NCBI GenBank assembly: GCA_001784175.1
Contig: MFPR01000017.1
Coordinates: 29,024 to 93,023, forward strand
DNA length: 64,000 nt
Reading direction: 5' to 3'
From: Candidatus Lindowbacteria bacterium RIFCSPLOWO2_12_FULL_62_27
Lineage (GTDB): Bacteria; Lindowbacteria; 2-12-FULL-62-27
Notes under the pieces: model-generated
What the model was told of the DNA's origin: nothing
The model's database searches: none
The model's input: the letters and a program-made list of their open reading frames with translations, nothing else
Shown: in pieces, positions 54,420 through 64,000 of the stretch
Layout of the letters: every line of letters starts with the position of its first letter
How positions within the stretch are numbered: position 1 is the stretch's first letter
Translations under genes and position numbers: made by a program

Positions 54420-56052
54420 GCTCTTCCAGCGCGGTGCCGTCGAGCCCGTCCGGCGTCGCCACGCCCAGAATGCGCGCGAGGGTCGGCGCAAGGTCCACGG
54501 TGCGGACCGGCCGGTTCGCCGTCTTCGGCGCCGCCTGCCAGCCATAAAACAGGAGCGGCACGCGGGCGTCGTAGTCGTACGGCGATCCATGATTGGCGCC
54601 GCGCGGCGCGCCCTGCGTGATCAGATACGGTTTGGGGATGAGGTACAGGTCGGCGCCTTTTTCGGGATGGAACGAGTGAAGCATCTGTTGGCCGACGGGA
54701 TTGAGATCCCGTGGATGGAGAAGTTCCTCGCGGTCCAAGATATGCGCGATCCACGTTTCCGTAGACGCGAGGAGCCGGACCTCCTCGTAGAGATCCTGCG
54801 GATCGATCCGGCGCCGCGCAAGTTCCTCGTGATCGAAATGTATGTTCTCCTGGCCTCGGAACAGAAACAGCCGTGCCGCCGACTCGTATTTTTTTTCCAA
54901 TTCGTCGAAGAGCCGCGTCCGGAACGCCTTGACCTCGGCCGACACCCGCGCCGCCGGCAGACCCTTCGACCGGCAGACTTCCGCCAGCGGCATGACGCCG
55001 TGGTCGCTGGTCAACACGAGAAGTACACGCCCGCGGCCGAATCGCTGCTCCACGAATTGCACGAACGCTCCAAGTTCCCGGTCCACCCGGATCGCCGCGT
55101 CCATCGCCTCCTGGCTGTTGGGGCCGAAGGCATGGCCGAGAACGTCGAACGCGGACAGGCTGACCGCGAGGAGGTCGGGGTGGTCGTCCAGCCCGATCCG
55201 GGTCGACTCGATCAGGTGCCGCGCCAGCTTCACCGTCAACTCATCCAACCAGGGAAACGCCATGAAGGCCCCGAATCCATCGGAAGCCGGCCGGCCGGTC
55301 AGCCGGTGGGGGAACACCGGCGAGTCTTCATCCCTCGAAATCATATTTTCTCCCGGCGCGTCGTCCGCGCCGGCGTAGGTTCGGTAGAGCTTTTCGTCCT
55401 TGAGCGCCCTCTGCCAGTCCTTTCCGAAGAACGGCTCCACCCGGTTGCGCGCGTTAAAGATCTGGACGGCTTTCGGAATCGTGTCGGCATAATAGGTGCT
55501 GGTCGTGAAGCCGCCTGCCTGGGGGTGAAACCAGATCGCTCCATCGGGCCGCTGTCCTCCCAGAAGAACGGCCGAACGGTCCTTGCCCGCGACGGAGTAG
55601 ACGAGGGACTGCGAGTCGGCCTCTTTCATCCAATCGCCCAGGGCCGTCGCCTGGACGTTCCGGTACGAAGCGCCCCGGCCGTCCGCGCCCAAAATCCGCG
55701 ACTGGCGGTCTTCGACGGAGTACACGATCCGGCGTTCGGTCCGGTCATAAAATTCGTTGGCCGGCACGCCGGCCGGTCCGGGATGGCGGCCGGACAGGAG
55801 CACGAAATGTCCGGGCGCGGTCTGGGTCAACGCATGATCGTGGCGCGCCTGGAGAAACCGCAGCCCGCGATCGCGAAACGTCTTGAACGCGCCCGTAAAC
55901 ACCGGCCCCAGCCGGTCCAGCAGATCAGGGGTGAGCTGATCGACGACGATGACCACCACCAGCCGGGGCGGCGCCGCGTTTTTCGGGACGGCCAAAGCGA
56001 CCCCGGCGGCGCAGACAACGCCGGCGAGGATGATCCAAAATCGCGATCGCAT
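54403..56052 (-). CDS. alkaline phosphatase superfamily protein (nucleotide pyrophosphatase/phosphodiesterase-like), secreted
   Basis: Signal peptide after MRSRFWIIL; metal-site motifs VVDQLTPD and LTSDHG. Confidence 0.7.
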   Translation of the reverse strand: MRSRFWIILAGVVCAAGVALAVPKNAAPPRLVVVIVVDQLTPDLLDRLGPVFTGAFKTFRDRGLRFLQARHDHALTQTAPGHFVLLSGRHPGPAGVPANEFYDRTERRIVYSVEDRQSRILGADGRGASYRNVQATALGDWMKEADSQSLVYSVAGKDRSAVLLGGQRPDGAIWFHPQAGGFTTSTYYADTIPKAVQIFNARNRVEPFFGKDWQRALKDEKLYRTYAGADDAPGENMISRDEDSPVFPHRLTGRPASDGFGAFMAFPWLDELTVKLARHLIESTRIGLDDHPDLLAVSLSAFDVLGHAFGPNSQEAMDAAIRVDRELGAFVQFVEQRFGRGRVLLVLTSDHGVMPLAEVCRSKGLPAARVSAEVKAFRTRLFDELEKKYESAARLFLFRGQENIHFDHEELARRRIDPQDLYEEVRLLASTETWIAHILDREELLHPRDLNPVGQQMLHSFHPEKGADLYLIPKPYLITQGAPRGANHGSPYDYDARVPLLFYGWQAAPKTANRPVRTVDLAPTLARILGVATPDGLDGTALEELISEN

Positions 56053-56098
56053 GAGGGTGACCCTATCCCAAAAGGCGGCCTGCGGCAATCACTTGCCC

Positions 56099-57154
56099 TC
56101 AGGCAGCGGGCCGGAACTGGCGGGAGCCGAAGAAGCGGCAGAAGATTTTGTGTTTGTCCTCGCAGGGCGAGTTGGCCGCCACAAACGCGCGGCCGGCGTC
56201 GGTGAACCGGGTTTGGCCGATCAGGTGTTCGATGACCGGCAGCTCGCAGGGCGACACCGGGATCCATCCCGCCTGGCGCATCGCGTAGCCGAGATGGATG
56301 TCCTCGTATCCGGCGACGCCGTAGAGGTCGCCGCGCCAGCCACCCGCGTCGCGCAGGGCGCGCCGGGTCGTGAGGAGATTGAATCCGGAGACCCATGAGA
56401 GGGGCAGGCTGTAGGCCGGGAAGAAGACTTTCTGGTAATATTCCTCGCGCTCGCCGTCGAAACAGTCAAGCACGCCGAACTGCCCCGTCGCGCCGATCCG
56501 GGGATGGACGAGGAAAGACCGCATGAGCTGGCCGATCCAGTCCGGCGAGTGGATGAGGACGTCGTTGTTCAAAAAGATCAGGTGCTCGAACCGCGCCGCC
56601 GCCACGCCCTGATTGTTCGCCTCCGAAAACCCGAGGTTCCGGCCGTTCCGGATCACGCGCAGCCGCCGTTCCGACGGCGCCAGCCGCGCCAGCTCCCGGG
56701 GCGTGTCATCCTCGGAGCCGTTGTCGATCACGACCACTTCGTACTCGGGCCACACTGTTTTTGAGAACATCGTCGCCAGCGTGTCGCGCGTGAACGCCCA
56801 CTGGTTCCACGCGGGAATGATCACCGACACCGGCGGCTGCTCCGGCGGATCGTACCGGTAGGCCGGGTCGGACATGAGGGCCAGGAGGTCGTCGGCCGCC
56901 AGCCGCAGCAGCCGGATCTGGTGAATCTTGCAGATCGCGGGGTCAATCTCCGACCGGTCCCGGCCAAACCATCCGCTCCAGAGATTGAGTTCGAAGATGT
57001 TCAGGATCGTCCCGAGGTACGTGTTCAGATCCGACTTGGACTCAAGGAACCTTTCAATCCGCGGCAACTGCCGCCGGATTTCCTCCTCCGTCGGCGCCTC
57101 GATCCTCGTCCGGAGCATCATCAGGTAGTCGTAAAACGGCTCGTCCAGATTCAT
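56099..57154 (-). CDS. family 2 glycosyltransferase
   Basis: VSVIIPAWNQ, VVVIDNGSEDDT and D-x-D-like region; start set to ATG 57154 because the longer ORF overlaps the divergent transporter gene. Confidence 0.7.
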   Translation of the reverse strand: MNLDEPFYDYLMMLRTRIEAPTEEEIRRQLPRIERFLESKSDLNTYLGTILNIFELNLWSGWFGRDRSEIDPAICKIHQIRLLRLAADDLLALMSDPAYRYDPPEQPPVSVIIPAWNQWAFTRDTLATMFSKTVWPEYEVVVIDNGSEDDTPRELARLAPSERRLRVIRNGRNLGFSEANNQGVAAARFEHLIFLNNDVLIHSPDWIGQLMRSFLVHPRIGATGQFGVLDCFDGEREEYYQKVFFPAYSLPLSWVSGFNLLTTRRALRDAGGWRGDLYGVAGYEDIHLGYAMRQAGWIPVSPCELPVIEHLIGQTRFTDAGRAFVAANSPCEDKHKIFCRFFGSRQFRPAA

Positions 57155-57230
57155 ACATCTCTTATCGGCACGCGCTCGCGCGCTGTCCAGCCTTGACCTC
57201 TGGTTCGCCGGTTTGGTAGCGTCGGTCCCA

Positions 57231-58379
57231 ATGAGAGAGAAGCTGCGCATTTCTGTCCTCGGCCTCCTTCTGTTGTCGCTGGCCGCCTGCGGCGGGTCGG
57301 CCAAGAAGACGCTCGCGATCGGCGCGATTCTGCCGCTGACCGGGCCGGCCGCTTCGGCGGGGGACGAGGCGTACAAGTCGCTGATGCTGGCCGTGGAGGA
57401 GGCGAACGCCTCCCAGCGGCTCGCGCCGTACACGCTGGAGGTCGTGGTCCGGGACGACGTGTCGGACCCGAAGCAGGCGGTGAGTTCCGCGAAAGACCTG
57501 GCGTCCAACCCGGCCGTGCTTGGCGTGATCGCGCATTTCAACAGCGGCTGCTACATGCCCGCCTCCCGCGTCTATCACGAAAACGGCCTGCCGGCCATCA
57601 CGCCCGCCGCGTCCAACCCGTCGATCACCCAGCAAGGGTTCCCTGAAATCCATCGCATCGTGCCGACCGATCAGGTGCAGGGCGAAGCGGTCGGAAAATT
57701 CATCGCCAAGCGCGGGGTGAAGCGCCTCGCGATCATCCACGACAAGACGCAGTATGGCGAGCCGCTCGCCGGCATGGTGCGGGCGTCGGCGGAGCAGTCG
57801 GGCGTGAAGGTGATTTCGTACGACGGCATTCAGGTCGGCGACAAGGATTTTCGCGCGCTCCTCACGTCGCTGCGGTCAAAGAATCCCGAAGCGGTATTTT
57901 TCGGCGGCCTCTACGACGAGGGCGGCCTGATCGTCAAACAGATGCGGGAACTCGGCATGACCCAGACCTTCCACGGGCCGGACGGCATCAAGGGCAAGGA
58001 CTTCATCGACGTGGCCGGCGCCGCCGCGAACGGGGCCTACGTGAGTTTCATCGGCAACAACGCCGACGCCCTCCCGAGCGCGCGGTCGCTTCTGGAGAAT
58101 TATCAGAAGCGGTTCAACAAGCCGATCGAAAATTTCGGCCCCTACGCCTACGACGTCGCCGGCGTCTTCATCGCGGTCCTCGAAAATCTCGTCAAGCGCG
58201 GCGAAACGCCCACCCGCGCGGCGGTGTTGGCGGAACTCGGAAAAATCCGGTACGAAGGCGCGATGGGCTTTGCCGAGTTTGACGAGCGCGGGGACAACAA
58301 GAACCGCGCGATTTCCTTTTACCGCGTGGACAACGGCCAATTCGTATTCGTCGAGGCGATCGGCGAATCGTCTTCGTGA
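57231..58379 (+). CDS. branched-chain amino acid ABC transporter substrate-binding lipoprotein (LivJ/LivK-like)
   Basis: Lipobox LSLAACGG; periplasmic binding protein type I pattern. Confidence 0.8.
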   Translation: MREKLRISVLGLLLLSLAACGGSAKKTLAIGAILPLTGPAASAGDEAYKSLMLAVEEANASQRLAPYTLEVVVRDDVSDPKQAVSSAKDLASNPAVLGVIAHFNSGCYMPASRVYHENGLPAITPAASNPSITQQGFPEIHRIVPTDQVQGEAVGKFIAKRGVKRLAIIHDKTQYGEPLAGMVRASAEQSGVKVISYDGIQVGDKDFRALLTSLRSKNPEAVFFGGLYDEGGLIVKQMRELGMTQTFHGPDGIKGKDFIDVAGAAANGAYVSFIGNNADALPSARSLLENYQKRFNKPIENFGPYAYDVAGVFIAVLENLVKRGETPTRAAVLAELGKIRYEGAMGFAEFDERGDNKNRAISFYRVDNGQFVFVEAIGESSS

Positions 58380-58439
58380 TTTGTTCTGCCTGCTGAAGCT
58401 TTCCTCCAACATCTCTTAAACGGCCTGACGCTGGGCGGC

Positions 58440-59321
58440 ATGTATGCCCTCGTCGCGCTCGGCTACACCCTCGTCTACGGCATCATCGAGCTCATCAATT
58501 TCGCCCACGGCGAGATCGTCACCTTCGGCGCGTTTGTCGGACTCGCCGTCCTCGCCGCGCTGGCCGGCACGCCCCTTTCGGCCGCCGCAACGGCCCTGCC
58601 GGCCGCCTTTCTCGTGTCGATGGCGGTCACGGCGCTTCTTGGCGTGACGCTCGAGCGCTTCGCCTACCGGCCCCTGCGCGGGGCCGACCGGCTGATGGCG
58701 CTGATCAGCGCGCTGGGCGCGAGCATTTTTCTGATGAACGCGATGATGCTCGCGATCGGCCGCGATTCGAAACCGTTTCCGGCCTACCTGTCGGAGCCGG
58801 TCCTCCAACGCGGGGACCTGGTGGTCCGCCAGCTCGACCTCTTTCTCATCGGCCTCACGATCCTGCTCTGCGCGCTCCTCGATCTGTTCGTCCGCCGCAC
58901 GCGGATCGGGCGCGCGATGCGGTCGGTGGCGCAGGACCAGGAGGCCGCGCGGATGTGCGGCGTGTCGGTGAACGCGACGGTTTCGATCACGTTCGTGCTG
59001 GGCTCGGCGATGGGCGCGGCGGCCGGAATACTGAACGGCCTCTATTACGGCGTCATCCGGTTCGACATGGGGTTTCTCCTCGGCATCAAGGCATTCACGG
59101 CCGCGGTGCTCGGCGGCATCGGGAATCTGCGCGGCGCGGTCGTGGGCGGGTTCGTGCTCGGGATATCCGAGTCGCTCATCCCGGCGATTCTCGCGGCCCC
59201 GCCATTTTCGGTGCCGGAGATTTTCGATTACAAGGACGCGGTGGCCTTCGGCATTCTGATCCTGGTGCTCATGGTGAAACCGAGCGGCATCCTCGGCGAA
59301 GAGGTTCCGGAAAAGGCATGA
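58440..59321 (+). CDS. livH: branched-chain amino acid ABC transporter permease
   Basis: MYALVALGYTLVYGIIELINFAHGE N-terminal signature. Confidence 0.8.
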   Translation: MYALVALGYTLVYGIIELINFAHGEIVTFGAFVGLAVLAALAGTPLSAAATALPAAFLVSMAVTALLGVTLERFAYRPLRGADRLMALISALGASIFLMNAMMLAIGRDSKPFPAYLSEPVLQRGDLVVRQLDLFLIGLTILLCALLDLFVRRTRIGRAMRSVAQDQEAARMCGVSVNATVSITFVLGSAMGAAAGILNGLYYGVIRFDMGFLLGIKAFTAAVLGGIGNLRGAVVGGFVLGISESLIPAILAAPPFSVPEIFDYKDAVAFGILILVLMVKPSGILGEEVPEKA

Positions 59322-60529
59322 ACGGTCCGCGCGCGGCCACGTGGCTTCTGTGGGCCGGCCCGGCCTTCGTCCTTGCGTGGGTCCTCGGGTTTCTTCTGAC
59401 GCCCGAAGTCCGCGGCCTCGCGGAACCGCAGGATTTCGCGGGCCTGGCGGGCCTTGCGGCGCTGGCGGCGATCGCATGGTGTGCGTGGCGGGCTCTGGAC
59501 CGCCGGGGTCTTTTGACGGTCTTCGATGAGGCGCGGCACCGCGCCCCGGCGCAATTCGGCCTGTCGGTCCTTCTATGCGCGGCCGTCTTTCCCCTGATCC
59601 TTGCCCAACTCGGCAAATACTATTGGATCCACGTCGGCGCGCTGTCGCTGATCTACGTGATCCTCGCCGTCGGCCTGAATCTCGTGGTGGGCTTTGCGGG
59701 CCTGCTCGTGATCGGCTTTGCGGCGTTTTACGGCATCGGCGCCTACGCGGCGGCGATCGTGACCACCGAGGTGGGCGACCTGCCGCACATGATCTGGCTC
59801 CTGATACCGGCCGCCGCGGTCCTGTCGGCCGCGTTCGGCGTGCTGCTCGGCGTTCCCACGCTGAGGCTCCGCGGGGACTACCTCGCGATCGTGACGCTGG
59901 GGTTCGGAGAGATCACGCGCATCGTCTTCACCAACTGGGACACGCTGACGCGCGGCCCGCGGGGAATTTCCGGTGTCGGGTCCTTTCAGATCGGCGGCTG
60001 GAACCTGATGCATCCACTGGACGTCGGGCCGCTCCGGCTCGACGGCGACACTCAATATTATTATCTGATCCTCGCCGCCGCCCTGCTTGGCGTGTTCCTC
60101 GCGCACCGGCTCAACCACAGCCGGATCGGCCGCGCGTGGGTGGCGATGCGCGAGGACGAGCTGGCTGCGCGGTCGTTCGGAATTGACGTCGCGCGCTGCA
60201 AAATCCTGGCGTTCGCGATCGGCGCCGCCTATGCCGGCGTGGCCGGCGTGTTTTTCGGGTCGCTGCAGGGGTTTGTCGATCCGACGAGTTTCTCGTTTCT
60301 CGAATCGGTGCTGATTCTCAGCATGGTCGTGCTCGGCGGGATGGGGTCGCTGTCAGGCTCGGTCGTGGCCGCGGTCCTGCTCGTGATCCTCCCGGAGAAA
60401 CTCCAGATGCTGCGGGACTACCGCATGCTCATCTTCGGCCTCCTCATGATCCTGCTCATGATCGTGCGGCCCCAGGGGCTGATCCCGTCCAGGCGCCGGA
60501 TGCTGGAACTGGGCAGCCGCCCCGGATGA
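59318..60529 (+). CDS. livM: branched-chain amino acid ABC transporter permease
   Basis: ATG at 59318 overlapping livH stop; multiple TM helices, IYVILAVGLNLVVGFAGLL ... GFAAFYGIGAY. Confidence 0.8.
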   Translation: MNGPRAATWLLWAGPAFVLAWVLGFLLTPEVRGLAEPQDFAGLAGLAALAAIAWCAWRALDRRGLLTVFDEARHRAPAQFGLSVLLCAAVFPLILAQLGKYYWIHVGALSLIYVILAVGLNLVVGFAGLLVIGFAAFYGIGAYAAAIVTTEVGDLPHMIWLLIPAAAVLSAAFGVLLGVPTLRLRGDYLAIVTLGFGEITRIVFTNWDTLTRGPRGISGVGSFQIGGWNLMHPLDVGPLRLDGDTQYYYLILAAALLGVFLAHRLNHSRIGRAWVAMREDELAARSFGIDVARCKILAFAIGAAYAGVAGVFFGSLQGFVDPTSFSFLESVLILSMVVLGGMGSLSGSVVAAVLLVILPEKLQMLRDYRMLIFGLLMILLMIVRPQGLIPSRRRMLELGSRPG

Positions 60530-61302
60530 GCGCGCCGGCCGAGCCCGTCCTGTCCCTGCGGGACGTCACCAAACATTTCGGCGGCGTGCGGGCCGTGAAC
60601 CGGATGAGCCTCGATGTCCCCTCCGGCGCGATCACCGGCATCATCGGGCCCAACGGGTCCGGCAAGACCACGCTTTTCAATCTCATCAGCGGCATCTACG
60701 AGCCCCAGGCCGGCGAGATTGTCTTCCGAGGCCGGCCGATCCACGGAGAGCCGCCGCACCGGGTGTCGATGCTGGGCGTTGCGCGGACGTTTCAGAATAT
60801 CCGGCTGTTTAATGAAATGCTCGTCATCGAAAATCTGCTCGTCGGGATGCACGCGCAACTCTTGAGCGGCCTCTGGGCCGCCGGCCTGCGCACGCGGCGG
60901 TTCATCGCGGAGGAGCAGTCGGCGCTGCAGTCGGCGATCGAACTCCTCGAATTTTTTCCGGAACTGGCCGGAACGCACGACACGGTCGTGAAGAATCTCT
61001 CCTACGCCAACCGCCGGCGCGTCGAGATTCTTCGGGCCCTCGCCGCGCGGCCCGCCCTCCTGCTCCTGGACGAGCCGGCCGCGGGGATGAACACGACGGA
61101 GGCCGCGAAGCTTCTCCGGGACATCCGCCGCATCCGCGACCGCGGCGTGACGGTCCTCCTCATCGAACACAACATGTCGGTCATCTCCGGCGTGGCCGAT
61201 CACGTCGTCGCGATGGACCAGGGCGAAAAGGTCGTCGAAGGATCCTTCGACGAGGTCAGCCGCCATCCAAAAGTCCTCGCGTCGTATCTGGGGAGCGACT
61301 GA
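60526..61302 (+). CDS. livG: branched-chain amino acid ABC transporter ATP-binding protein
   Basis: Walker A GPNGSGKTT, signature LSYANRRRVEI, Walker B LLLLDEPAAG. Confidence 0.85.
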   Translation: MSAPAEPVLSLRDVTKHFGGVRAVNRMSLDVPSGAITGIIGPNGSGKTTLFNLISGIYEPQAGEIVFRGRPIHGEPPHRVSMLGVARTFQNIRLFNEMLVIENLLVGMHAQLLSGLWAAGLRTRRFIAEEQSALQSAIELLEFFPELAGTHDTVVKNLSYANRRRVEILRALAARPALLLLDEPAAGMNTTEAAKLLRDIRRIRDRGVTVLLIEHNMSVISGVADHVVAMDQGEKVVEGSFDEVSRHPKVLASYLGSD

Positions 61303-62006
61303 TGGGCTTGCTGGACGTTGCGGGCCTCACGAGCGGCTACGGCGGGCCCCCGGTGCTGCACGACATTGATCTCACGGTCGGCGAATCGGAATGGGTCACG
61401 CTCCTCGGCGCGAACGCGGCCGGAAAAACGACGCTCCTCAAAACGCTCATCGGCGTTCTGCCCGCGGCCTCCGGCGCTGTCCGGCTGAACGGCCGCGAGA
61501 TTCAGGCGCTGCCGCCGGAAGAACGGCTCCGGCTGGGACTCGCCATCGTGCCGGAGGGCCGCCGGGTCTTCACGCGGATGACCGTGCAGGAGAATCTGCA
61601 GATGGGCGCGCACCTCTTCGGCGGCGGCCGGGCCGAAGATTTCGACCGCGTCTATTCGTTGTTTCCCCGCATGGCCGAGCGGCGGCGCCAAAAAGCGGGA
61701 ACGCTGTCGGGCGGCGAGCAGCAGATGCTGGCGCTGGGCCGCGCGCTCATGTCCCGGCCCCGGCTGATTCTGCTGGACGAACCCTCGATGGGTCTGGCGC
61801 CAAAACTGGTGGCCGAGGTTTTCGCGCTCCTGCGCGGCATCCTGACCGAGGGCGTGTCGATTCTCCTGGTGGAGCAAAACGCGAAAATGGCGCTGAAATC
61901 CAGCGCCCGCGCCTACGTCCTGCGTCTCGGCCGGATGGTCCTGTCGGGTTCGAGCGCGGACCTTGCCGAAAACCCGGAAGTACGGCAAGCTTATCTCGGC
62001 GGCTGA
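61302..62006 (+). CDS. livF: branched-chain amino acid ABC transporter ATP-binding protein
   Basis: Walker A GANAAGKTT, signature LSGGEQQMLAL, Walker B LILLDEPSMG. Confidence 0.85.
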   Translation: MGLLDVAGLTSGYGGPPVLHDIDLTVGESEWVTLLGANAAGKTTLLKTLIGVLPAASGAVRLNGREIQALPPEERLRLGLAIVPEGRRVFTRMTVQENLQMGAHLFGGGRAEDFDRVYSLFPRMAERRRQKAGTLSGGEQQMLALGRALMSRPRLILLDEPSMGLAPKLVAEVFALLRGILTEGVSILLVEQNAKMALKSSARAYVLRLGRMVLSGSSADLAENPEVRQAYLGG

Positions 62007-62013
62007 TGGACGA

Positions 62014-64000
62014 TGAACGCGACTGACACAACGGCGATTTTCAGAAAACTAAACCGCGCGCTGATTTGGCTCCGGCTCCTGCACGGGCTCTCGCACCTGC
62101 TGAAGGCGATGGTGGTGTGGTGTCTCCTCGCGTCCTTCATCCGCGGGCGGCTCGGATGGGACACCGTCAACCTGATCGCGGCGGCCAGCTTCGTGATTTT
62201 TCTCGCGCGCGATTTCCCCTCGCGCCGCGTCGCCCTCCGCCGGCTGGAGGGACTCCGGCCCGACTCGCAGTTCCGGTTCACGACCTTCCACGAACTCGCG
62301 CGCGCGGCCCTCAGGTCCGGCGCTTCCGCCATGTGGGAAACCCTGCGAACCCAGACGGCGGCGCTCCTCGCGCGGCCGACGCCGTATCTCTCGGCGCCGG
62401 GCTTCGCGTTTTCCTTTCGCGTCTTCGCCGCCGCGCTCAGTCTCACCCTCGTGGGGTCGATGGTCGCGCCCCTCGCCGTCCGGCACACCACGAACCTCCC
62501 GGCGCTCCTGCGCGTGAAACTTCCGGCCGCGCCGGTGCGCGCGGGAACCGACGTGACGGTCCAGGTGTTTTCGGAAGGCCGGATGTCGTCGCCGCGCCTG
62601 CAAGTTCTTCCGGACGATCCGGCGTTCGGATCGGCGGGCGGCGCCGACCCTGCCATCCTGCAGATGCGCGAGACGCCGGGCGGATTTTTTGAAACGGTGC
62701 TGCCGCAGGTCCGGTTCGGTCTGCGCCTGACCGCGCTGGCCGACGTTCCCTCCGGCGGCCGCGTGGTGTCTCCGGAAGCGCGTCTTCGGGTGGTGCGCCC
62801 GCCGGTCGTGGCCTTTTCGTCCATGCTCGTCGTTCCGCCGGCCTACAGCCGTCTGCCCGCGGAGGAGATGAATGCCGTCAGCCAGAGACTTTCTGTTCTA
62901 CCGGGAACCGACCTCACGCTGAAACTGGAATCCGACCAGCCGGTGTCCCAAGCCACCGCGAATTTAGAAAGCGAGCGAAAGACGCCGCCGAAAATCGAGT
63001 GGCGGGACCGCCGCGTCGAAGTCAAGACGCAGGTCCGCTCGCCCGGCCGGTTGTCGGTGTCGGTCACGGCCGACAACGGTCTTTTGGCCGAGCCTCCCTT
63101 CGGATACGAGATCGATACGCTGCCGGACCGCCCCCCGCTCGTGTCGTGGCTGATTCCGCTCGAACCCCAGATGGACGCGCCGGTGGAGGGCCTGGTCCCG
63201 ATGCGCTGGCAGATCGAGGATGATTTCGGCTTTTCGTCGTTCGCCCTTCTCATCACGACGCCGGATCAGGCGAAGCGCGTGCCGGTGGCCTTTCTCCCGG
63301 AACGCCGGCAATCCGTGTCCTACCTGCTCGACGTCACGTCATTCCTGAGCTACGCCGGCTCGGAGATCGAGATTCGCGCCGAGGCGGAAGACAACGACGC
63401 GATCAACGGCCCCAAACGCGCCGCAAGTTCCGTCCTGCGCGTCCGCGCGCCCACCGTGATGGACATGTACCGGAACCTGGCGCAGCAGGGCGCGGATGTG
63501 AGCCGGATCATGGAACGGCTGTCCGGCGAGAGCAGCCGGCTCCTCAAAAAAATGACGGCGGCCACCCGCACGCTCAAATCCGAAGGTAAGATGGCATGGC
63601 AGATGGAGCAGGAACTCGTGAACATGGCCGAGGCGGCGCATCAGGCGAAGCGCGACGCGGAAAAGGCGCTCGCGGAACTCGGCCGGAAAACCGAGTCGGC
63701 CGCGCGGCAGAACCTCCTCTCGAGGGAAACACTCCAGAAACTGTCCGCCATCGGATCGATGATGACGAGCCTCATGAAGGAGGAATACGTCCAGGCCCAG
63801 CGCGAACTTCAGCGCGCGCTTGGCTCCGTCCGCATGGACGAGAAGGAGCGGTCGATGATGACGGCCAAGTTTAACCTCGAACAATTCGTCGAACAGGTCG
63901 ACCGCACCCACCGGATGCTGTCCCGCATGACCGACCTCCTCGCGCAGGCCGAGGCCCACAAGGCCGTGCAGGACCTCGCGGACCGCGCCCGGCAGGCCCT
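62014..64000 (+). CDS. large hypothetical protein, 3'-partial (runs off window end)
   Basis: ATG at 62014 opens a frame without a stop to position 64000 (not in ORF track because unterminated); N-terminal hydrophobic helices, C-terminal helical/coiled-coil-like region. Confidence 0.45.

Noticed and set aside
54589-56205. 538-aa + strand ORF antisense to the alkaline-phosphatase-family gene
   Set aside because: Arg-rich low-complexity translation; the minus-strand frame carries alkaline-phosphatase metal-site motifs.
58416-59477. 353-aa minus-strand ORF antisense to livH
   Set aside because: Antisense to a well-supported permease gene; composition is Arg/Glu-rich low complexity.

Overview
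The window is a mosaic. Positions 1-35.5 kb are an accessory region made of several compositionally distinct blocks: (i) a lower-GC block (about 0-12.5 kb) with two convergent operons encoding one GspE/PilB-family secretion ATPase, four GspF/PilC-like platform paralogs and a truncated ATPase N-domain protein, with no pilin or secretin seen; (ii) a short phage-like remnant (12.5-15.6 kb); (iii) a defence island (15.6-32.7 kb) with a complete type I restriction-modification system (hsdR-hsdM-hsdS) preceded by two uncharacterised co-oriented genes, a tripartite HigB-HigA-SecB-like toxin-antitoxin-chaperone (TAC) operon, an overlapping GIY-YIG-like plus multi-zinc-ribbon gene pair, and a tightly packed four-gene operon (AAA+ ATPase, S8 subtilase, RadC-like JAB protein, SEC-C-motif nuclease-like protein) whose first two genes resemble IetAS; (iv) an integration module (wHTH, excisionase-like, XRE regulator, tyrosine integrase) that abuts the 5' side of a tRNA-Tyr(GTA) gene. 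Positions 35.5-64 kb are high-GC core-like genome: pabC-like, ruvX, mltG, two tandem paralogs of a beta-rich/TPR protein, a lytic transglycosylase, an ACP-acyl-AMP ligase-acyltransferase fusion, a bacterial microcompartment (BMC) locus of the sugar-phosphate type (EutJ-like, PduL, RpiB, DeoC, three BMC-P vertex genes, no BMC-H in window), yjbQ, ispG, arfB-like, a PfpI/DJ-1 protein, a hybrid REC-HK-REC kinase whose H-box histidine is replaced by Asn, an alkaline-phosphatase-family protein, a GT2 glycosyltransferase, a Liv-type ABC transporter and a large 3'-partial hypothetical gene. The best candidates for an undescribed system are the four-gene ATPase/subtilase/RadC/SEC-C operon, the GIY-YIG + zinc-ribbon pair, and the two genes fused upstream of hsdR. 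All calls rest on motif recognition in the supplied translations; no database search was run. Start codons are approximate (the ORF track reports GTG/TTG starts as M).
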